DNA of 64,000 nt from Azolla caroliniana (lineage: Eukaryota; Plantae; Polypodiophyta): contig JBHGNT010000013.1 of the NCBI GenBank assembly GCA_043228905.1, forward strand, positions 15,996,001-16,060,000. The letters run 5' to 3'. Each line of letters begins with the position of its first letter. Position 1 is the stretch's first letter. The notes under the pieces were generated by a model. The model saw only the letters and a list, made by a program, of their open reading frames with translations, ran no database searches and was not told the origin of the DNA. Position numbers and translations under genes: made by a program. Positions 1 to 9,900 of the stretch are shown here, piece by piece.

Positions 1-77
1 TCCACTAACTTTTCTCATCTTTGCTTTGAGGAAGGGCATGAAATTCGGGATCCTGGCCTTTGCCGGGAATCAGATAT

Positions 78-102
78 TTTAGGGTTAGGGTTAGGGTTAG
101 GG
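78..102 (+). repeat. Short interstitial telomere-like repeat TTTAGGG(TTAGGG)3
   Basis: Read directly: tttagggttagggttagggttaggg. Confidence 0.85.
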
Positions 103-1397
103 GTCTGCAGGACTCTGATATCCTGAGATTAAAGCAATGATAGACCAGAGACTCTCCGGCCAGAGGAAATTAAAGCTGCAAGTACGGTTGAATTTCTAGG
201 ATTAGAGGGGTGGGGGTGGGGTTGGGGAGTTTTTTTAGCGCAAGGGTGTGAGCCTTGAGGATAGTAGGGTTTTTTGTAGGCGGAAGAGATCTGCAGATTT
301 GAGGCCCTCCGGAGAGAAGATGGAGATATACAGAGATGAGAAAGCTAGCGAATCTGTGTGGTGAGGGGACAACCTCCCTCTAGAGACAGAGACAGAGACA
401 GAGACAGAGAGAGACAAAGAGAGGAGTGGTGGGCATGTTCTTTTTGTCAACCATGTCCATGGGTCTTTTGTGGATGGAGTTGTTTCATTCCACATTTGAC
501 AATCAGATTGTATGGTCACTCCTGAAAGTCCCTATGATGGCCGTCCTGACCAAATCATAACACGAGAACTGCCCATCGGCCGACCCTTGCAAGCTTCTCT
601 ATTTTTGTTCGGAAATTTGGACTCGATTTGGGACGCCCTAAATCATCGTATATGTCCCTACCAACCATTTTGTCCCATGGTTTGTGTTGGATACATTTAG
701 GTTTGTGGATTCATAGTTGTGTGTCGCATTTAAATAGAGTATATTGCCCCACCGCTTCTCTTCTATATGGTCCCAAGATCCAGACCACGTAGGAGTTCGA
801 AACAAGTAAATGTCTCTAAACATCCTCCCCCCTTTATTCACACTTTCCATGTTTCCTCCCATGTAAAGGTGTATGATGTAATTGCGTGTTCTTATATATT
901 AAATGGCGATAAGCGTGTATTGATCATCAGAAATAACGTGTACATAAATGAACATTTTGTTCACGAAAACACAAGGCTTTTTTATTTGGCTTTTAACAGT
1001 ACATACTACATGTACATGTAGAGTTTATACATTAGGAACATCTCCTCTTAAGTAAAGTATGTATATGGTTAACAAGGTGTTTTTTGCCTCATTCTACACT
1101 ATAATGGCACATTTCTCACATCCATTTCCTCTACTCAATATTAACCAAGCCCATATCCACACATTTGCTCTTGCCCTTGAGAGGATATCTTTTATGTAAT
1201 GATATAATTGGTGCTAAATAGAGAAATTCATTACCTTGGAATAAGCCCACATAGTCAACATTACCCAAATTGTATACAACTTGTCTTGTAATAATTTTTC
1301 TTCTCATATTAGCATTAAGGACACCAATCATATAAAAAAGGCAATAACACGTAACTAACCCAAAAAAGGGGTCCATCAAAACTTTTGATAAAAGAAG

Positions 1398-2395
1398 ACA
1401 TTACTTCCTTGGACTAAGAAGGCATTACAAATATTGTTGCAATCTCTTCGGTTCATGTTCTGGCAGAAGGGGATTGTACATTTGGAAGATGTGGTTGATA
1501 ATGAATCTCAATGGTTGTCGGATTTTGAAGATGCCAAACAATGGTTATGTATTCCCCCAAATTATGGATTTATTGGGGAGAAATTACAAGATATACCATT
1601 GTTGCAAGGATCTTTGCCATTGAAAACAAATTTTGCACCTTGAATGGATTGGCGGTTACAAGATGGTACACGCTTGTTATAGGTCACTACAAATATATTG
1701 TATCATCATGCGATGGCATCATTATCTTGGCTATCTCCTAAAGTAGCAAAATATTAAAATTGTGGAATGTATGTAAGTTAGATGCAAGGTGGTGGAAAAT
1801 ATTACAACGTGGTTGGCATTCCCATCTACCATTTCGTGTAAAGGTATTAATATTGAGAGTCATGAATGGTGGGTTCCCATTAGGTTCGGCCTTAAAGAGA
1901 CGAGGACTAGGGTCTGACACTTGTTTCTTTTGCACCGTTCCATTGGAGGATAGTACACATAAGTTCATTAAATGTCCTATAGCGTGTACCATTTGGAAAT
2001 ACTTATCGGACATTTGTCAAGTTTTAACCCGTTGTTGTTTGAGACCTCAACAATGGGCTTTTTCTCAATATGTTCAAAATGGTTCAAATTATGAGATGGA
2101 GATATTGTTCCAATTTTTACGTCATTGGGGTCTACAACACAATTGGAATATGCATAATGCTTTCATGTTTGATAATAGACATGGGGTGAAAGCTTATATA
2201 AAGAATCTTAAAGGTATTCTCATGTGGAATTTTTGGATGTTAGAGCATGTGGGGATCATTTCCTCAAATGCATATTCAGGTTTTTAAATAGCATTAAAGA
2301 ACGTCCCTCTCCCTACATAGGCATATGATAGGTATAGGAGACTAATAAGTGGATTTTACGTACAATTAATATAATTGTGTGCTTTTACCAAAAGA
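1398..2395 (+). mobile_element. L1-type LINE, 3' fragment (end of ORF2 with zf-RVT region), degenerate
   Basis: ORF 1760-2287 has the CFFC...EDSTHKFIKC zf-RVT motif; homologous to 5500-6390 and 13660-14550; shared 3' tail AATTGTGTG. Confidence 0.8.
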
Positions 2396-2409
2396 GAAGG
2401 GGGGGGGGT

Positions 2410-5400
2410 GTTCAATGTAAGGATGTGGTGCATGAAAATCCATATGTAGCATTGGAACATGCTTTGACTAGTTTCATGACATTGGTTGCTCTAAAGGAGC
2501 AAGTGCACCCATAACGTTGTTGATTGAATGAAAGTGGTAACATGAAATGTGAGAGGGGCATGTTCTCCTCATAAGAAGTATATATTATGGGAAACTTTGT
2601 TAAGTAGAGAATGAGATATATTATGTGCAGTTGACCATACGTGTCATGAGTTCGTAGGATCCACAATTCATTTGCGTGGATATTCATCATTTTATGCAAG
2701 ACATCTTAATAATCATTAGTCAAGTGTGGTATTAATCCTACGGGATAAATATTATTCTGAAGTGGTGCATAATGATCCTTATGGTTAGTTTTTGGTTCTA
2801 GAAATCACCTTTTTTGGCAAGGTTGTGTGGGTGGTTGGGATTTATGCCCCTAACCAAGCCACTCAATCTATTGCATTATGGGGTTCACTCCTTCAAACCC
2901 TATGTGTAGGCGGCCTAGGATTACTTACGGTTGATTTTAACATGTGTGTTGATCCATCTCAATCTACGTCTAAACATTCAATCATGGATGATCTTGGGCA
3001 ACTTGCTTGGGATTCATTGGCTATGGAGGTTCTGAAGTTGGATGTTTGGACATGATTGCACATTGGGAATGATCCAGGTTTTACCTTCCAATCAGCTCAA
3101 CATAGACAAACATGGAGTTGGTTAGATAGAATGTATGTGATGCATGATGATTCGTTTATACCGACATCACTTTGTATGAAAGTTCTACAAGATGTACAAA
3201 TCCTTGGAAAGCCGAGTCCATTACGTTTTAACTCTTCTCTTTTGCTTCAACCTCACTTTGATTCTCTCATGGAGCAAATTTTGGTAAATTTTTCACAACA
3301 AGTGAATCTTAAAGGAGTTAAAGCATGGGATATGACGTTACGAAACATTAAGATCATTCATCGTATGTATGGAGTAACTAATGTTGAACGAAGAAGAGGT
3401 ATTCTTCAACAATTCTTACAAGTTCTCTCCAGGTGTAATGCATTATTGATACATGCACCATTAGATGAGAAGCTTTTGGATATCCAAAGTCAATTGCATG
3501 TTATTGTTTCTTAGTTGTAATGCCAAAGTTATTGTTATGCTAAGATGCGACAACTCAGGGATGGGTTCATAGATAATCAATGTCAATCTCATTTGTTTTT
3601 CCAAGTGTTACATCCTAGTTATTCTCATTCTAATGTGATACATGTGAAGCAAGGGGATGAATTGATAATGGATCCTACTACAATAATTGACGTATGTGTT
3701 CATTACTTTTGATTGGCCCACAATTGTTAATGACAAATGAGGTGAGTTGAGCACATCATGAGTTTTATGATGTGGTTGGGTGTATTGTGCATGACCTCAT
3801 TGGTCATGAATTGGATGCGGATTTCACTAAGGATGAGGTGGACACGGTTTTAAGGCATCTTACTAATGGTAAGATCCTTGGTTAGGATGGCTTGAAAAAT
3901 GATGTTTTAAGCGATATTCAAACATTTTAAAGGGGCCCTTAACTTTGATGTTTCAACATTCTTGGGATTCTGGTCGTATGCCTCAAGCTTGGAAGGTTGG
4001 TCTAATTAAATTAGTTCCAAAGGTGGCATCTCCCGAGTCATTTCATCAATGGAGACCTATTTCTTTGATGGGGGGGATTGTATAAGATATTTACAAAGTT
4101 CTTGGCAAATAGATTACAAAAGTATTTGCCAAAGTTGATACATCCCGCCCAATATGGTTTTATTGCAGGTAGGAATATATTACATAATGTATTGAATGTT
4201 CAAATGACCATGGATTATGCTCGAAACACTCATCAATAATTGATTATGGTGCAATTAGATTTGGAGAAACCTTATGATCATGCTAATTGGTCCTTTGTTT
4301 CTGGATTAATGCATACAATGGGCTTTGGACCTCGTATGTCTCGCCTCATATTTTTATTAGGACAAGATGCGATGTCTTGAGTAATGCTTAATGTTGGAGT
4401 TAGATCAAATATTGCCCTCACAAGATCCGTTTGTCAAGGATTCCCTCTTAGCCCATTGTTGTTTGCTATTGTTACTCATCCCTTGTTAGTCATGCTATCA
4501 AGGCTTGCAACAAATGGTGACATTGTGGATCTACACCTAAATCCATCTGGAGGGAAACTAGCATCACAGTTTTTGGCTCATGATTCTTTCATGTTTCTAC
4601 AAGCCTCACGAGAGAATCTTGAGAAGGGGATGCTTGTATGGAACTAATTTGCATTGGCTTCTGGATTACATATTAATTGGAGGAAGTCTAGTCTCGTATC
4701 ATGTACTGAAAGGGATTTGGAACGTTTAGGATGACAGGGATCTGTGGTGAAGAAAGGCTCTATTTTTAAACATTTGGGCTATCCATTAGGAATGAATGTT
4801 ACAAATGGTCAATTAATTCAACAGATGTCTAGTAAGTTGGGGGATAAGTTCATGTATTGGAAGTCACAATCTTGGTCATTTCATGTACGTTTGAAGGTTG
4901 TACAATGTATTTTGGAACCCATGATATTATATTACTTGCCATTGTTGCCATGGACAAAAGGCTTTGCATTATGTTTTGCAACCTCTTCGATATTTGTTGT
5001 GGAAGAAGAGGGATAAGATGAGAATCACTTGGGTTGCGTGGAATCATCTAGGAACCCCTAAGCGCTTGGGGGGAGTTGGAATATTGAAATTATCTATGCA
5101 TATGATGGCTCGTAGATTTTCATTATTACAAGACATGTGTTCAAACTCACAACCATGGATATCTATTGTTCAATATTTCATTGAGAACAAGGGTTTAACA
5201 CATGGGAGGACAATGTTTAAGGCTTCATGGTGGCAATAGCCGAATGGATGTATTTCACTTAGGATTCTGGGCTCTTCATGTGTTCAACACTTGGTTACCT
5301 CATGGCAAGAAGCACTCTTGTTATGTGTATGGAAACCATCATCTAGTAGAGAGGATTATAATTCTTTGCAAAAAGAGTTACTTGTGCCTTCTCGATTCTT

Positions 5401-6400
5401 ATGTTGGCCAGGAAAGGAAAGATTGCGCTCTCAATTTAATTGTTTGTTTCGTTTGGAGGTCAAAGAGGTGGGAGATGTAGTTAGGGCTCCATCTCAAAGA
5501 ATTTTGGAGTTTGTTGAAGCGCAACAATTATTACGCATCCCGCCTAATTATGGGTTCATTTGGCAACAACTACAAAATATTGCATTGATGCAAGGTCCCT
5601 TACCTATACAAACAAGAGAACTACTGTGAATTGATTGGTGTTTACAGGGTCAAACGTCGTTGTTACAAGTGACTACTAATCTTTTGTATCATTGCTCTAT
5701 TGAGTCTCTTGAATTCAATTTGTTATCATCTAAGGTTGAAGAAGAATGGAAAATACACAAATGAGTGACAAATCCTACAACGTAGTTGGCATTCTAAATT
5801 GCCACTCGTAGCAAAGGTCTTCATTGGGAGAGTTTTGATTGGAGAATTGTCTTTGGGATTAGCTCTAAATCGTCGTGGACTAGCAACGAGTAATTGCTTT
5901 TTTTTGCACTGTTCAAATGGAAGATAGTTATTGTACTCATCGATTTATACAATGTTTAATTGCTTGTCAAATTTGGAGTTACATTTCTCAAATTTGGCAA
6001 GTTTGATCACGATGTTATTTGACACCTAGACAGTGGGTGTTTGCACAATTTACATAGGTTGACCCAAAATCAAAGATAGAGGTAGTTTTTCTATTTCTGA
6101 GATATTGGGAATTGCGTCATAATTGGAACATGTGCAACACTTTTGTATTTGATGGTAGACATAGAGTGAAAGCATATCTATGAAAGGTGAAGGGAGTATT
6201 AATGTGGTAATTTTCTTTATTGGAGCAAGTGGAAATGCTTTTCTCAGTGGAGTGTTCATATTGCCTATTGGCAATACAAAATGTTCCACTACCCATGTAG
6301 TATAGTTAGTGGGTAACAATACTCCATTGTCACACCCATTGTAAATAGCGTTTTTTACACACATTTATTAATATAATTGTGTGTTTTCACCCAAAAAAAG
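2410..6400 (+). mobile_element. L1-type LINE, near full ORF2 (APE endonuclease, RT, zf-RVT) with many stops and frameshifts
   Basis: Endonuclease motifs NVRG (about 2545), IYAPN, DFN, LDR; RT motifs WRPISL, QYGFI, LDLEK.YD, QG.PLSPLLF, HLGYPL; PKRLGG.G; A-rich tail at about 6393. Confidence 0.88.
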
Positions 6401-6420
6401 AAAAAGAGAGAGAGAACCCA

Positions 6421-6616
6421 GATGGATGTAGCTCAATTGGTAAGGTTGCCCAATGGAGACCAGGTGGTCATGGATTCACCTCTACATTCCATACTGGCAT
6501 CTAGTGAATTAAGAAATATATATGGAGTATATAATGGAGAGGTGAGGAAATATGGGTTTCGAACCCAAGACATAGTGGCTTGTAGTGTAACAACTTACCA
6601 ATAGGGTAAGCTAATT

Positions 6617-6620
<4 letters not shown>
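6421..6620. mobile_element. Short tRNA-derived (SINE-like) element, copy 1, with tRNA-like heads on both strands
   Basis: Plus-strand A box TAGCTCAATTGG at 6429-6440; minus-strand B box GGTTCGAAACC (6555-6565) and A-box-like TACCCTATTGG; flanked by (GA)n. Confidence 0.6.
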
Positions 6621-6650
<30 letters not shown>

Positions 6651-6654
<4 letters not shown>

Positions 6655-6835
6655 CAATTGGTAAAGTTGGAGACTAGGAGGTCATGGGTTCAACCCCTAC
6701 ATTCCACAGTGGAGAGGTGAGATAAGATATATGTATGAAGTATGTAATAGAGAGGTGAGATAATTGGGTTTCGGACCCAAGACATAGTGCTTGTACTGTA
6801 ACAACTTACCATTAGGGTACGGTACTTACGATAAT
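6651..6835. mobile_element. Short tRNA-derived (SINE-like) element, copy 2
   Basis: Diverged direct repeat of 6430-6620; AGCTCAATTGG...GGGTTCAACCCC on plus; GTACCCTAATGGTAA on minus; followed by (GAGATA)n. Confidence 0.6.
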
Positions 6836-6962
6836 GAGAGATAGAGATAGAGATAGAGATAGAGATAGAGATAGGGATTCTTCATATTCAATTCATGTCC
6901 CATAAGGGGATTAAATAGTACAATGAGGTTTAGATACATAGGGATGCATCATCATTCACTCA

Positions 6963-9900
6963 TGTTAAGAAAACGTGAAGAAGGCACTCGGGCTCTTCTT
7001 ATGTGCGCGGCGGATCGTAGTGTGCTGGATCGTTAGCGTGCTCTAAACAGACAGAGAAAGGAAAGGGGACTTACCTCTGTAGTAGCAAAATGGTTTTCTT
7101 CTATTACATGTAGAGCTCAACTTGCTCTCGTCAGTCTTCTGGTCTCTCACTCTCTCAGAGTTCTCTACTCACTATATCTCTGTTTTTTCTTACTGCTACC
7201 TTCCTATTCACTCTCACTTACTTTTACCTAAGTCATAAGTTATTACACATGCAGCTAATTAGCTGTCAGTCGCTAAATAGCTGTTCAGTCGCTAATTAGC
7301 TGTCCATAGCTAAATAGCTGTTTTACCTTTTTGTTCACTAGTAGCTAAATAGCTACTATAGCTTATTTCTCATAAGCATCACATACCATGTTGAGCTTGC
7401 TTCTCAACACTCCCCCTCAAGCTCAACTTATTCTTGCTTGAGGTTCTCTTCAATCTTCTTTTCCATTTTGCTTTTTAGCCATCTCATCAATGTTTACAAC
7501 TCCCATCATGTTCCGAAACTGTGTATGTTTTTCCACACTCAATCCCTTCGTAAGGATATCAGCAACCTGCTGATTTGTATTCACATACACCAGATCAACT
7601 TCACCTTCCATCACTTTTTCTCTAACAAAGTGATAATGCACCTCAATGTGCTTTGTTCTTGCATGGAACACTGGGTTCTTTGCAAGCTGAATGCTGCTCA
7701 TATTGTCACACCAGATTGTGACAACACCATCTATATATACTCCCAGATCAGCAAGCAGTCTTCTGATCCATACTTCTTCACATGTGGCTATTGCAGCCCC
7801 TCTATACTCAGCTTCTGTACTGGACAATGCAACAGTAGCCTGTTTCTTGCTACTCCATGAAATTCCTGCACTTCCTAAGGTAAACATGTATCCACTTGTG
7901 GATCTCCTGTCTGTTTGGCTTCCAGCCCAATCAGCATCTGTATATCCTTCCAGATTTATGTCTAGATCAGCCCTGTAAAATAGTCCAAAGTTCTGAGTTG
8001 CTTTTACATACCTCAGAATCCTTCTGATGCAGTCCAAATGTGGCTTTGTTGGCTGTTGCATAAATTGGCTGACTAATCCAACAGCATAGCTCAAATCAGG
8101 TCTTGTTATAGTCAAATAAATAAGGCTGCCCACCATAGACCTGTACATGTTTACATCTTCTATCTTGGCTCCCAAATCAGCCCTCAACTTGCAGTTTTTA
8201 TCAAGTGGTACAGCAATAGGTTTGCATCCAAGCATACCATACTTTTTCAACATAGTTGTTGCATACTGTTTTTGCAACATACATATACCACTTTCAGATC
8301 TGATGATTTCAATACCAAGAAAATATCTCAGATCTCCCAAATCTTTCATATGAAACTGCATTTCCAGATTTTTCTTCAACTTTCTTATTTCATCCACGGA
8401 ATCTCCTCCAATAATCAAATCATCTACATAAATCAGAATAATAACAATGCAATCATTTTCACTTTTTACATACAAAGAAGGATCAACTTTTGACATTTTG
8501 AAACCAAGATTTTTCAGAGAATCTGAAAGTTCTCTGTGCCATGCTCTTGGTGCCTGTTTCAGTCCATAGAGAGCTTTTTCCAGCTTACATACATAATCAG
8601 GATGTTTCTTATCTTCAAAACCTGGTGGTTGACTCATATACACTTCTTCTTCCAAGTTACCATGTAAAAAAGCATTTTTTACATCCATGTGATGCAAAAT
8701 CCATTTTCTGGCTGCTCCTACAGCAAGTAGTGTTCTCAAGGTTGCCATCTTTGCAACCGGTGCAAAAGTCTCATCATAATCAATCCCTTGCATCTGAGCA
8801 TATCCTTTTGCAACCAATCTCGCTTTATGTCTACTTACATTCCCATTGGAGTCATGCTTTGTCTTGTAGACCCATTTGCAGCCTACCACATTTTTCTCTT
8901 TTGGTAACTTCACTAAATCCCACGTTTTGTTCTCAGCCAATGCATCAATCTCTTCTTGCATTGCATCCATCCATTTCTTCTCAAATTTTGCTTCTTCAAA
9001 GCTGTTTGGGTCAGGGATCTGTACCACCTTAGACATATATGCATAGTGCATAGCCATATATGTATCATACCCAAATCTTTCCACAGTCTTTTTCTCTCTA
9101 TCTGATCTTCTCAGTTTCTGATTTGCATTCTTTATTGCCTTTTCCATACCAGGGATTTTCATTTCCTGTATTCCAAGGAAATCATCCAAAGACATATCTG
9201 AATCTTCATCTTCCATGTTTTTTGATTGGTCATCCGGGATTTCATACTCTGGCATTTTCTGTTTTCCTTTTTTGTCATCAGATTTTTTCTGTCCAGTTTT
9301 TCCACTCCATGAATTTGAATCAGATTTACCATCTGAGCTTTTTGATGGTCCAGAACATTCTGTTGATGTTGGACTTTGCTGTCCAACCTTGCTTCCATCT
9401 CTGTGGCAGTCTTCTACATTTTCAGATTTGTCTTTGTCTTCAATCTCATTGTCTTCATCAGTCTCTGGGTTCTGTTTTGGACTATACCAGCTGGCTAACT
9501 CATCAAACATTACATCCCTACTTGTCACAATCTTCTTTGTTACAGGGTTATAGCATCTATACCCTTTTTGTTCTTCTGAATAGCCAACAAAAATACATTT
9601 TTCTGCCTTTGGATCCAGCTTACTTCTTACTTCTGCAGGCACATGTACATATGCAAGGCATCCAAACACTTTCAAGTGTTGTAAGCTAGGCTTCCTGCCA
9701 TAAAAACACTCTTCAGGAGTTGCCTCATGTACTCCTGATGTAATACATCTATTTAAAATGTAATTTGTTGTATTTACAGCTTCTGCCCAATAGTATAATG
9801 GCATGTTCTTCTCAGTCATCATTGCCCTTGCTATGTTCACCAAAGTTCTGTTTTTCCTCTCAGCAACTCCATTTTGTTGTGGAGTATATCGGCATGTGAA

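Noticed and set aside
6421-6700. Possible tRNA genes
   Set aside because: A and B boxes are present but no acceptor or anticodon stems can be folded; treated as SINE-like heads
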